Source: Eledone cirrhosa
Taxonomy: Eukaryota
Direction of reading: 5' to 3'
Assembly: GCA_964016885.1 (NCBI GenBank)
Contig: OZ024749.1
Location: 50,778,001-50,842,000, forward strand
Length of the DNA stretch: 64,000 bases
The notes under the pieces were generated by a model that was not told the origin of the DNA, ran no database searches, and worked only from the letters and a program-made list of their open reading frames with translations. Shown piece by piece: positions 45,500 to 58,924 of the stretch. Made by a program: the position numbers and the translations under genes. How positions within the stretch are numbered: the stretch's first letter is position 1; every line of letters begins with the position of its first letter.

Positions 45500-45760
45500 C
45501 GTAGTAGTCGTAGTAGTAGTAGTAGTAGTAGTAGTAGCAGTAGTAGTAGTAGTAGCAGTAATAGTAGTAGTAGTAGAAGCAGCAGCAGTAGTAGTTGTAG
45601 TAATAGTAGTAGTAGTGGTAGTGGTAATAGTAGTAGCATTAATATTATTATGTGTAGTATTAGTGGTTGTAGTAGCAGCAGCAGCATTAGTGGGACTGTT
45701 AGTAGTAATGGGGTTAGTAGTAGTAGCTTCAATAGTAATAGTAGTTCTAGTAGTAGAAGT
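45395..45760 (+). repeat. (TAG)n microsatellite, degenerate
   Basis: Directly visible. Confidence 0.9.
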
Positions 45761-46850
45761 GGATGCGATACTGACAAAAATGGAATGAATTATGACAGCT
45801 GTGAAATAAATTATTTTTTTCCGATCAGACTTGAGATAGTAAGAAAAATCTCCAAACGTAAACTTATTTTCCTAATGAGATATTTAATGATAAAAAAAAT
45901 ACAGTCAACACTTGGCCAGACGTATCAGATGTTACCAAAATTGGAAAAAAATATAAGTCATTAACAATTGAAGAATCTAGACGGTTGTAGGTAATATGGT
46001 ATGATATATTCAAATAAATTTGCCTGTCACATTTGATTGCAAATACGTCATAATGTTAATAGTAGCATTGGCAATATCGGTGGAGAGGGATGCCAGATGA
46101 AATGCAAATGTGACACCGCTGGGATTTGAGATCAGAAGGCTGAAATTAGATACATAATTTTATACGAGAATTTTCTCATTTTCGCCAAATTGCACTCATA
46201 TATCATATAATAATGACAATAGTATCAATAATAATATATAAAGTGAAGTTTGTATATTAGTCAAAGGGTCACTTATTTAGAATTAGGGGATAGTTGATTC
46301 ACATTTGTCTAATACATGAGTCTTACTTTTTTAAGAGTGTGGTGCTGGAGATGATGATGCTGAATATGATGATGATGATGATGACGACGATGATGATGAT
46401 GATGATGATGATGACGATGAGGATACAGAAGTATTTCTTAAACTCAGGAGCTTTCATACATATCTAGGACGGTAACGGTTTCACGACTATACCCAGTTGG
46501 TTTACATGAACTAGTTGTAAAAGGAATCGGAAATAACGAAACCAAAACCGAAATAGGTAACATCAACAATGGGAACACAGAAAAAGGTTCTCTAATAGGG
46601 AGGGCGATTTTAGTGGGTGATAGTTGGGACAAACAGCTACAAAGTACTACGGCCACACTGAACGGAAAGGCACGTGCCTCTTCCCAATTGCTCTTATCAT
46701 GTCTACAGATGCACTGTCAAATCAGGCCCATCCACCCGGCTCATGTGGGCCACTAACAATAACTCTTTCTCTCTCTCTCTATATATATCATGCCTGTATA
46801 TATATGAATGTATAAATACATATATATGTGTGTAAATATATATATATATA

Positions 46851-46906
<56 letters not shown>

Positions 46907-46921
46907 TATATATATATATTT

Positions 46922-47104
<183 letters not shown>

Positions 47105-47111
47105 CACACAT

Positions 47112-47170
<59 letters not shown>

Positions 47171-47173
<3 letters not shown>

Positions 47174-47338
47174 CGAAGGAAATGTGGTAACGAACAAGGT
47201 GGACCATAACGCACCAAAGTACTCAATACTTAGGGTAGTAGAGTGGGTAATAGGAACCAGTAAGACCCCGACGGCTGAGCTCAAGCCGTTTCGACGGCCA
47301 ATTCTGGACTCATCTGGTTCCGTACCACATTTCCTTCG

Positions 47339-47341
<3 letters not shown>
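47171..47341. mobile_element. Family B element with tail sequence at both ends (TIR-like)
   Basis: taacgaaggaaatgtggta ... taccacatttccttcgtta, in (TA)n; the long arm runs to the same gaatt junction as the 16381 copy. Confidence 0.85.
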
Positions 47342-47437
<96 letters not shown>

Positions 47438-47900
47438 ATACGATTGTGTGCTTAAGTATTCCAAGAACACGGTCTTTTATATAACAGGCACTGTCTCTAT
47501 CTGTGTTTATTGGCTGCGTAATTGAACGTGTCAATGTATGTGTTTGTTGTACTCTCTCTCTATATAGATCATGTCTATGATCTACAAAACTTTGTTCTAG
47601 TGTTTATGCCGGCGTATATTCTTTGTGGCATGAAAATTAATAACGCCTGATTTCATATGGGAATATACGACGCTGGTTAAAAGAAAGCAAACGCTAAATG
47701 AATAAGCATGTCATTCTGATTCTACTTATATATATTTGGAATATCATTAAAAGTGCACATATAACTTTAATGTATTTTCACAGGCGTATGAGCACGTATA
47801 CAAACAACAACAAAACAGCCTAGGGTACTCTTATACACAGAAATACACACAAAGATTGTCGTATATATACAGAAAGACATACGTGTATATAAACACAAAG

Positions 47901-47967
<67 letters not shown>

Positions 47968-47987
47968 ATACCTCTCTCTTACTCTCT

Positions 47988-48030
<43 letters not shown>

Positions 48031-48100
48031 TATATAGGGGCATTTAGATGCACACGCACACACATACAGACGAACACACATACAGACACACATACACACG

Positions 48101-48129
<29 letters not shown>

Positions 48130-48131
<2 letters not shown>

Positions 48132-48208
48132 GGAAATGTGTATATATATATATATATATGTAAATGTATATATATATATATATATATATATATGGAAATG
48201 TGTATATG

Positions 48209-48263
<55 letters not shown>

Positions 48264-48266
48264 ATG

Positions 48267-48335
<69 letters not shown>

Positions 48336-48346
48336 ATGTGTATATG

Positions 48347-48441
<95 letters not shown>

Positions 48442-48452
48442 ATGTGTATATG

Positions 48453-48515
<63 letters not shown>

Positions 48516-48547
48516 ATGTGTGTATATATATATATATATATATGGCA

Positions 48548-48560
<13 letters not shown>
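48130..48560 (+). repeat. TA minisatellite punctuated by ggMaatgtg
   Basis: ggcaatgtg/ggaaatgtg recurs about 8 times. Confidence 0.85.
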
Positions 48561-48584
<24 letters not shown>

Positions 48585-49154
48585 TGTGTGGGTGTGTATG
48601 TGTCTCTGTATGTACGTTTGTCTGTCTGTGTGTGCGTGTGTATCTAAATTCCCCTATTTCATTAGATGAGAAAGCAGCACGGTTATAACCACAATCTCGC
48701 CATTCATGTCTAATCATGCAGCAAATCTGATTGGTGTATGAATGACTCTGTGTCTTGAAACAACAAACGGATCACTGTCGACCGACTATACTTCTAAATC
48801 CACCGTAATATTCTCTAAACCTCATAGAACCATAGAGCGGTGTTATTCCCCGAAGACGTGCTCATCCAAGTAATATACTGAATTCGTGATATCAATGGAA
48901 CCATGAAGCGTGTTAGTTTCATTCTTTGAATTATATATCGCATAGAACTAGTTTACAGATATTTTTAGGTGCCAAATCGGAAAATTTAATACAACTTTAG
49001 ATAATATAATGTTACTCGTATAAGCAGCAATATCCCAGCAGTACAATAAATATATAAATATACATACATACATTACATACATATATTCCCTTATGCACGT
49101 ATATATATGTATATGCATACATAGATAAATGCCTGTACAGATACACACATACAC

Positions 49155-49237
<83 letters not shown>

Positions 49238-49252
49238 GATAGATAGAAGATA

Positions 49253-49303
<51 letters not shown>

Positions 49304-49323
49304 ATATATATAGATAGAAGATA

Positions 49324-49368
<45 letters not shown>

Positions 49369-49410
49369 ATATATATGTATATTTATATATACATATATGT
49401 GTATACCTAC

Positions 49411-49441
<31 letters not shown>

Positions 49442-49442
49442 C

Positions 49443-49481
<39 letters not shown>

Positions 49482-49563
49482 CATACATACATATACTGTA
49501 TATATGTGTATATATATATATATGTATATATATATATGTGTATATATGAATGTATATTTATAA

Positions 49564-49599
<36 letters not shown>

Positions 49600-50329
49600 A
49601 TTAAAATATAGACACGCTATCATCTAAGAAATGTCACCTATCATAGATTGACACAACGTCCGTGTGAAAAGTAGAAGCATTAAATACCTGGGAACATGTA
49701 TCTTTTATTTATGCCATTATATTAGATAATATATACTACTAATCACAACTTTCACCAATAAATCTCCATATTTTCAATATTTCTTAAATTGCATCAGACT
49801 ATCGAATATAAAACTATTTTCCATCCGGAATATCACCAACAATTTATGAAATACGAATATTTATGTGTTTATCCAGTGTAGTTGCTTAGTACGATAAATG
49901 TAGCACTGATACCACCATCTCCAGAGATTACTGTCCTGTTTATTAAAAGGTGTCATGCTTGAATTCTTACTATATTATGTCTATGATAGGTACATATAAT
50001 GTTGTTGAACTGGGCGAGAAATTACATCTACCACTCAGGTCTTGGGAGAAATAAAAAGAAATTCTATTATTAACTTGTAATATCATGTCTCCCGGAACAA
50101 TACTACCCTGAAGGCAGGGACTACTAAATCATATGATATAAAAACACTTCGTTTGTATGAAAATCAAATATCAAAAATAGTAATATTTCAGATTTGGTCA
50201 TAGAATGTAGAAGATGATCTACAATGCTCATAACATTTCATATATTGTTGCAATTGTACTGAGAGAGAGAGAGAGAGAGAGAGAGCAAGCGAGAGAGAGA
50301 TAGAAATAAAGAAAGAGAGAGAGAAAGAG

Positions 50330-50421
<92 letters not shown>

Positions 50422-51133
50422 GGATGGTTGAAAATAACTAAATTTACAGTTGCATTGATAATTATCATTCACATCTGAGCCTATCAGTGAATAAAATCTA
50501 ATTTTAATGTTAGACGCAGGGATGTTTGTTGAATCTAGAAGTATGGTTATTTCTAAACACTGCGCATGTAATCCGTTTATTGCTTTCAATAATGTTGCCA
50601 ATAGGGGAAGAAAAAATGTAAATCGCCTTGATATTGCTCTGAATAGAGATTATCTGCAGCTTGTTCTCGGTGGGGGATTGTTTATGCATGAAATTTAGAA
50701 ATTATTTAGCTCTGTAGGAATTCACGCTGAGATAGAAGGATGTTTGAACCTGTTGACATTTCAGTTAATTTTGTTAAATATTTCTTTGTTTTCAATTTGA
50801 CATTCTAAAGTATAACCACATTTTGTTTTCTTTGAAAACACTAATCTCTCTATGCTTACTACAATAACTTCTGGCTTTGTGGAATATCTCTAAGGAGAAC
50901 CATTTGCATATTTCGGTAAATAATCTATTGTTAGAGTGGGCAAAGAATTTTTGTAAACATATATACAATTTTCGTTAGAGTTTCGTTAATGTTTATATTT
51001 GCATGTTTATGAATTTAAAATAATTATAAATTAATATTAAGTGGAAAAATCTTTTTATTTATTAAATCTCATCCGGAATTCTGTCAGACACACCCATACA
51101 GACACACAGACACACAGACACACACACATACGC

Positions 51134-51183
<50 letters not shown>

Positions 51184-52290
51184 TTTAAGTAGACCAGAAA
51201 TAAATGCCTCATCATTCAATATCTTTCAATGTATTGTAGTATATTCAGAATCTAAATATATCGACTAAAATCAAATGCTGTCTTATTCAACAGAATTTGA
51301 ACTCCTGACCCACTTGCTGTAATTCATGTTCCTATATCTCTTCGGATATTCACGCCAACAATAATTTCCATATTTCCACAGAGGTCTTATTCTACCGAAT
51401 GAAGCATCGTTTATTGGATATGTTCCAGAAAAATTATTGAAATATACTAAAATGTTGGCAATGATCAGCAAAGTCATATTTCATACGAACGTTTCTCGGT
51501 ATAATATATATTTTCTCTAGTTTTATCGTTTGTGTTTTGTTTTGATTTGTTTGTCTTTTCACTTTTATTTTTCGTTTCTCTGGTCTGCAAGAAAGCTATT
51601 AGAGGTGATAGATTTTTACTTATTTAATCCAATCATTACTTGACAATTATATATTCTCTGCTTAAAAGGTCCTGTGTCTGGGCAATAAATGGTAACCTAT
51701 TGATAGTCTATTGTCTAATTCAGCCAGCCTAATTTTATGGAAATATTTCTAGGTATGTTCGTACCATATTTATAATAGTTTCAGATATGTCTAGCTATAT
51801 ATCACGCTAGATTTATTTTCGCATTGCAAGAAAAGAGGATAAGATTTAATGGAAAAGACAAGAGAACAAAGGGAGAATAATGATGTAGGATGTAGTATGT
51901 TTAGAATGGCAGACAGGTGACTGTAATGAGTGGTTGAAAGAAGAAATGATTCAAAATGATATGTAAATATTCTACTGATTTATGTGATTTGACATAAATA
52001 TTGAGTGATATCTGTTTCAAAATATAAACAAATTGACAGAGACGAATATACGTAGCAAAGTAGTGTTGAGAAATGATGTAAGAGTATACGGCACAGCGTT
52101 GGTTTTGGGACAAGTATATTCGTAAAAGATTTATTCGAATACAGCTATAAAACTAGAAAATAAAACAAATGCCAATATATGGGATATGCGTATGCATGCC
52201 TAAGTATTAAATTACGTAGACACACATACGTCATCAAAATCTAATAAGTCATAAAGCTATACAAAAGTATAACACAGAAATATATATATG

Positions 52291-52365
<75 letters not shown>

Positions 52366-52367
<2 letters not shown>

Positions 52368-52638
52368 TGTTAAAACGATCGAATTTTAGTTTAGAACACC
52401 TGGCAATTGTTTCTTCCAGAGGGAAGTCTGGAATCATCGGAGCATAAGGAATGTATGTCGAAAACATGTAACTAGAATCCTAGTCACTTAGAACATTATG
52501 ACTAGGATGATTCCAGACTTCTCTCTGGAAGAAACAATTTTCAGATAATAAATGTTCTAAAGTAAAATTTGATAGTTTTAACACTTTGTATCTCGGCTCT
52601 GTAGAACACTTTAAAATTTGCATTGACCCATTTGTCAT

Positions 52639-52642
<4 letters not shown>
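52366..52642. mobile_element. Family C fold-back element with a decayed hammerhead in each arm plus ~57-bp tail
   Basis: 52366-52438 pairs imperfectly with 52506-52585. Arms read (cc/ag)GAUGA-UUCCAGA cuucYc UCUGGAA-GAAA-CAAUUK-YC-AG. Inner hairpin at 52477-52509. Embedded in (TA)n. Confidence 0.75.
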
Positions 52643-52697
<55 letters not shown>

Positions 52698-52702
<5 letters not shown>

Positions 52703-52811
52703 CTACCCGCCCAGCCAATGGAATGGCGTCATCGTATGGCTAAAACAGCGCGTGCTATGACCTGCAGCGCCGAACGGCGTCCGACAGAATGGTTGGTCAA
52801 GATCAGCAAGG

Positions 52812-52812
<1 letters not shown>
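52698..52812 (+). mobile_element. GC-rich retroposon 3' fragment in (TA)n
   Basis: cagccaatggaatggcgtcat...ggctaaaacagcg resembles, from memory, the 3' part of an octopus SINE. Confidence 0.45.
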
Positions 52813-52841
<29 letters not shown>

Positions 52842-52843
<2 letters not shown>

Positions 52844-52930
52844 TTTGGCCTTCATCCTTACGGGGTCGATAAAATAAAGTACCAGTAATGCATTGGGTAA
52901 TTGCTGGCCTTGTGCCTAACGTATAAACAA
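52842..52930 (+). mobile_element. 5'-truncated Meta-domain SINE
   Basis: Starts actttggccttcatcc; inverted twin at 53299-53386. Confidence 0.85.
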
Positions 52931-52946
52931 TTATATATATATATAT

Positions 52947-53271
52947 AGTTTAGCGAGGTTTTTTTATATGAAATCGTGTGTCGGGCGTAGACATACAACA
53001 CAACAGGAGGAAGAAATATAACACCAGTGACGATGTTGCAGATGTGCAACGAAAGATTTATGTAAATTATGTAAACTATATATATGTGTTTGTGTCTATA
53101 TTGTATCTGTATTATTTTTGACCGTCGGTCAGTCAATGGCAACATGAGGACCGAGTAAGTTAGATCGCAGATATAAAAGACAGCGAGAAGCGAAAACCAA
53201 CCAAACAGTGAGTGTGTTCTGTTATTAATTCTGGCAATATTACACAAATATGACCCTCCCCAAGTATAACT
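52947..53271 (+). mobile_element. Candidate solo LTR (AGTT...AACT termini) in (TA)n
   Basis: 325 bp of unique sequence with inverted 4-bp ends; TATAAAA at 53172 and CAGT ~34 nt downstream. Confidence 0.35.
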
Positions 53272-53298
53272 ATATATATATATATGTATACATATAAT

Positions 53299-53384
53299 TG
53301 TTTCTACGTTAGGCACAAGGCCAGTAATTACCCAGTGCATTACTGGTACTTTATTTTATCAATCCCGTAAGCATGAAGGCCAAA

Positions 53385-53386
<2 letters not shown>
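53299..53386 (-). mobile_element. 5'-truncated Meta-domain SINE
   Basis: Same truncation point and ttggccttcat variant as 52842-52930. Confidence 0.85.
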
Positions 53387-53424
<38 letters not shown>

Positions 53425-53592
53425 CCAAATAATAATAAATGAAAAATTGTAAAATATTTATATATATATACATATAAACGTTTGTATATGTATAATAAAG
53501 CCAAAACAATACAGGTATGGACATAGAATAAAGAATGCAAATGCAAACAATATTATTGACAACTAGTCTTTTACCTTAGATTTATTTAAATG

Positions 53593-53630
53593 TCCTTCAT
53601 TTTCGAGATAATATCTCTTCTTCGGAGGGA
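53593..53630 (-). ncRNA. Decayed hammerhead-like motif
   Basis: Minus strand: UCCCU-CCGAAGAA-GAGAUA u UAUCUC-GAAA-AUGA-AGGA then AAUAAA. Confidence 0.4.
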
Positions 53631-53759
53631 AGTAAAGCGGTTAAACCAGTGTTCTAAATAGCTTGCCAAGTAATGCTGACAGGAAATATATATATATATA
53701 TATATATAAATATTTTACAATTTTTCATTTATTATTATTTGGAATAATATATATATATG

Positions 53760-53813
<54 letters not shown>

Positions 53814-53817
53814 TAAT

Positions 53818-54004
53818 TGTTTCTACGTTAGGCACAAGGCCAGCAATTATCCAGTGCATTACTGGTACTTCATTTTATCGACCCCGTAAGGATGAAGGCT
53901 AACGTTAACCTTGGCGGGATTTGAACTCAGAATGGCAAGGGCCGTAACTCTATACGTGAAAGCATGGCGTCCGACCCTCTACCAATACTGCCAATCCATC
54001 GCCC
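53818..54004 (-). mobile_element. Meta-domain SINE, full length
   Basis: Reverse complement of head, core and tail. Confidence 0.9.
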
Positions 54005-54017
54005 TTATATACATATA

Positions 54018-54124
54018 TAATGAAGGAAGTGTAGTAAGGAACCGAGTGGCCTACAACGCACCAGAGTACTTGACATTTTGGGTAGTACAGTGGGTAAAAG
54101 GAAAAGGTTAAGAACCTCTTCCTA
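54018..54124. mobile_element. Family B element, tail plus very short inverted arm
   Basis: taatgaaggaagtgtagta...aggaaaaggtt / aacctcttccta. Confidence 0.7.
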
Positions 54125-54128
54125 TATA

Positions 54129-54210
<82 letters not shown>

Positions 54211-54232
54211 TGTATGTATGTATGTATGTATG

Positions 54233-54261
<29 letters not shown>

Positions 54262-54264
<3 letters not shown>

Positions 54265-54701
54265 GGAGCTCTTAAGAGTCAATGGCCATCCAAAATCACC
54301 GGGAGAGATGACCTCTTAGCCTTTGTCAAGGCAGAATTATAGGAGAAGGAAAACTCTGATATTACACCTGCAACCCTGATGGTATTCAATGATGTTGACT
54401 TGTTCTTCTTATTGGTAAATATCATCTTGGTTAAGAGAGTGGGACTGGCTTTGTGCAGTGCCTTTGCTCACTATAAACGATTCACGGCACAGGCATTGCT
54501 TTATATCTGGAGATCTCTCTGCACTTGTCGTCACATGTTACCAGCACTGTGTGTCAATAATTGTCACAAGTGTAGTGTTTGTACCAGAGTTTTCAAGTCG
54601 CTGGCTGGACTAAAAAGTCACACCCGTTCAGCGCATCGGTAGGGGTTCTCCTACATGGATATATAGTAGTAGCCGTACTCGAAAACGAGTTGGCAGCCAC
54701 C
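54262..54701 (+). mobile_element. Non-autonomous internally deleted RTE element, 5'-truncated copy with (ATGT)n tail
   Basis: aggcagaattataggagaaggaaaactctga motif; ORF 54379-54642 ends CSVCTRVFKSLAGLKSHTRSAH (C-x2-C-x12-H-x4-H), typical of RTE C-termini; (TATG)n on both sides. Confidence 0.8.
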
Positions 54702-55410
54702 ATGTATGTATGTATGTATGCATGTATGTATGTGTGTGTGTATGTGTTTATGAATATATATTTATGTTAGATGTAATGATATTTAAATTCTTGTCAAATA
54801 TAAAATAACGAAAATTCGTGTTCGATGAAACGACTCGAGATATGTAGGAATTTCAAAAATGTATATATTCAGCTGGGTGTAGTGTTAACATAATTTTCTA
54901 TCGTGCTAACAGAATTTGCCTATTGTCGAAGTTATTACTTTTCTGCACATGTTAAGCCAGCTCTTTGTCTTGCCTAGAGGAAATAGATAAATAAATTAAC
55001 AGGTGTAAAAGAGAAAAGGTTTGGTATCCCAATAAGATTTTCTATGTTTGATTTGTGTAACGCTACTGCAAAATAAAATTCCGTTTAGAATCAGAGGTGG
55101 GGGAGTGTAAATTAGCAAAAGCCCACAGCTACAATATGATAGTATAAGAGTACATTTGTGTTGGGCAACCACATTCAAATTTTGAAGTGAAGAAAATGGC
55201 GTTTGAAATATGTCGTGGATGTTGTAATATGAAATAAGAAAATGGAGTACTTGGTATGTGATAGATGTAGAGAGTGAGAGAGTGTTAGAGAGAGAGAGAG
55301 AGGGAGGTAGGGAGATAGATATATAGATGGGTGGGGAGGGGGGTTGTGTAGAGAAAGAGAAATTGTGGGAATGAGGAAGACTGATGATATAATCGGTGAT
55401 GCGAAATAAT

Positions 55411-55592
55411 TGTTTCTACTTTTGGCTCAAGGTCAGCAATTATCCCTATGTATTACTCGTAATTTATTTCATCGACCCCGTAATGATGAAAGGCAAAGTT
55501 AACCTCGGCGGGATTTGAAATCAGGCCATAAAGGGCCGTAACGCTTTGCTGCAAAGCATGGCGTCCGGCCTTCTACCGATACTGCCAATCAA
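55411..55592 (-). mobile_element. Meta-domain SINE
   Basis: Reverse complement of the consensus. Confidence 0.9.
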
Positions 55593-56125
55593 TGATACCT
55601 AGCACTACACTACAATTTTACCTCGAGAAGTTGCAAGTCAAATGTAGGCAGATTTGAACAGCGGAAGAGAAATAACATAACACAAACTCTCTCAAATCCA
55701 CAACATAATAACGATCACCATCGTCCTCCTCATCGTTATCACCATTAATATGAACAACAGCATTATTATCAGCATCATCATCAGCAGCATCATCGTCATC
55801 ATCAAGTTCCTCATCACAATCAACGTCTTTATAATCACCAACGTCGAAATTGTCATCGCTGTCACAACCATACCCAAAATCAATATAATCATTTATATTA
55901 TTCACAACAATATCCTCCTAATTGTTCTCAAACTTCACTTTCCATATAGAAAAGAAAACATCCTCAACACTAATATTAAACCAGTGGCAATTAGAGAAAT
56001 CTGAAATACCAGAATGTACTTAGGACTATGACCATCCATCAACGAGTCCTCATCGGTTTCTATACACTCAATTATCATACATCTTGGAAATATTGTTAAT
56101 TATTATAACACTTACTATAACAAAA

Positions 56126-56312
56126 GGCGGTGGATTGGCAGTATCGGTAGAGGGTCGGACGACATGCTTTGACGTATGGAGTTACCGCCCTTGCCATTCT
56201 GAGTTCAAATCCCGCCGAGGTTAACTTTGCGTTTCATCCTTATGGGGTCGATAAAATAAAGTACCAGTAATGCACTGGATAAATTGCTGGTCTTGTGCCA
56301 AATGTAGAAACA
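56126..56312 (+). mobile_element. Meta-domain SINE, full length, with TSD
   Basis: TSD aacacttaYtataaca at 56107-56122 and 56309-56324. Confidence 0.92.
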
Positions 56313-56880
56313 CTTATTATAACACTTCATGTAAATGTTACCAGCTGCCGTCTATAATCTGTTATCCGCTTATTTTTTTATGAACAACCTCAGTAACATT
56401 ATCAACCACACCACACATTAAGATGATAGTCTTTACCATTACAAACTCTAGTATCGTCATCATCATCATCATCATTATCATCATCAGCGTCGAGCGACCT
56501 CCACCACCACCACCACCATCACCATCAAGCTAACCACCACCACCACCACCACCAAGCTAACCACCACCACCATCATCAACATCACCATCACCATCATCAT
56601 CATCCGCACCATTATCATCATCCACACCCCCATGACGATGATGATGATAATGATGATGACGATCATCATCACCAACACCATTATCATCATCATCATCCTC
56701 ATCCTCATAATCATCATCAGCGACACCATCATCATCAACATCAACATGATTGCCATCAACACCAGCTCAATCACCTTTGAAGGATGTAAGTAGCATCCCC
56801 ATCATCCAACCTATTTATGGCACCATAAATGGTATTTTTAATGTCATCTTCATTAAAAAGGTGGCACATTAAAATATATC

Positions 56881-57446
56881 ATTTGCTTTCCATCCTTGCA
56901 GGGCCGATAACATAAAGTACCAGTAATGCACTGGGTCCATTTAATCGACTTTTTCCCTCCCGTTTAAAATTACGGGCCTCGTGCCTAAAGTATAAACATT
57001 TATTCTTATTTTATAGAGGGCAGTGTATTGGCAGTATCGGAAGAGCGTCGGACAACATGTTATATGGCATAGAGTTACTGACATTTACGTTATAAGTTGA
57101 AATCCCGCCGATGTTAGTTAAAATAAAGAACCATTAACGCACTGCGTTCGATTTAATCGACTTCCCCACTCCCAAATTTACTAGCCTTGTGCTTAAAGTA
57201 GAAACAATTATTATTATTATTATAGTGTAGGTGTTGCTGTTGTTGACATTATTCTTTATGGGTGGTGATTTAGCAGTATCGGTAGAGCAGCAGCCAACAT
57301 GCTGTGCAGCATAGACTTATGGCCTTTTACGTCTTGAGCTAAAATCCGTCGAGGTTAACTTTGCATTTCATCTTTACGAGGTCGATAAAATAATGTACCA
57401 TGAATTAACTGGTGTCATTTCTGACATTCTGCCAAAAGTAGAAACA
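56881..57446 (+). mobile_element. Three head-to-tail Meta-domain SINEs (56881-56998, 57018-57206, 57260-57446)
   Basis: Each ends aaagtaKaaaca; the first two carry the extra gatttaatcgact...ccc segment of the longer subfamily. Confidence 0.85.
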
Positions 57447-58924
57447 TTATTACTTTATGTTAATTATTGTTATCATATCGCAATTAACAACACCAATCCT
57501 ACATATCATACTCCGGTACGTTTGTTTACATCTGTACTGTTTTAAATTTCCCCTTAATGTTTGGAATCTTTCATTTATTAAATGCATTCATAAAATTCGC
57601 AAGACAAATAGGTTTCCTAAATTTTAATTAGCGAAGACTCGGCTAATAACAGCGCTACTTTCACTTAACACACAATGGTAACTCTGTAAATTAAGTCAAC
57701 GTCTCCCAAAAATGAAATTCAATTCTTATAAACATTCCACGTAAACACGTTTAAAGGGAGAGGAACAACAGTGACGTCAGAAAAGTTAATAAAAACAACA
57801 CAACCACTGAAATCAACAATAGCAGCTAAAAGAAACAAACACATCAATAACGAAAATACCAACAACAAAAACGCAGAACAGAAGGAAATGCAATATTAAT
57901 AATGCCAATAATAGTTACACCACTGAACAATTACTGCGACACTACTTCCAAATGTATTCATTTCTCTATTCTAACATCACTGACACCCTCATTGCTACAA
58001 CTAATTCCTGTAATGTAGCCGTCGTAACTAACAGAAGCTTCAGCATTATAAATAATATGATCAATTCAAAGACCTGTTCCGTTGTTATAGGAGTTGTCAA
58101 AAAACAAAAACGAACAAACACACACACGTCATAACGAAGGAGAAGGAAATACTTTCACAGCTAATTTTGCAGAGCCAGTGAAGGGAGACATAACTGTCCA
58201 TGTTGGCTATATTATATAGCCTAAATACTGCATAGAGGAATGTTTCACATACGCCCATGTGGATATGTACTTCAATTCAATATCAATGAACATTTATTTA
58301 ACCATGCTCTCTGCAACATATGGGAGTGTAAAACACAGTTCGGCTCGGCAGGACTTCTAAACTTCCATGCAAATTTGAGGTCTTTCCCTTCTTATTACAT
58401 TCATGAACCAGCAAGTGGTGAAAGTGAAGATGTCATATGTGCCGCCAAATTCGACAATCTGGAGACTGTCGCGATTGGGTCATATAAGGGAGAATGTAAA
58501 TGGGTTTCACCGAGTATTGACAGTAAGATTGTCTGTATTACCATCATACAAACCTCCGTATGTTACATCATTGCAGTTGGTTGTCATTTATTTAATGCTT
58601 ATGCAAAAATAACAAAACGAATTGAATCTGCGTTTTTGATAGTGGGAGAAGACATGGATCTGGTTGCAGTAATTATTAATGGCAAACGTAGAAGATGAAA
58701 GAGAATGAGAAGAATTATTTATAATTTATAATTTAAGAGCGTCAGAAAATTATCTGATTTTCATGCTTAGTTGAGGGAATAAGATTCTTATCATCCAAGA
58801 AAGCTGGAAAATAGAGATATAATTCCCTGTAGCATAGTCTTCTCAATCTTATTTAAAATATTGGGCAAAGATTTTACAATTGAAACAAAAATGATTTACA
58901 AAGTGATTTGTTTATCATGATGAT

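Noticed and set aside
55378-55417. AGA-CUGAUGA...GAAA-UAAUUG-UU-UCU hammerhead look-alike
   Set aside because: No convincing stem II, and the 3' half is simply the antisense SINE terminus.
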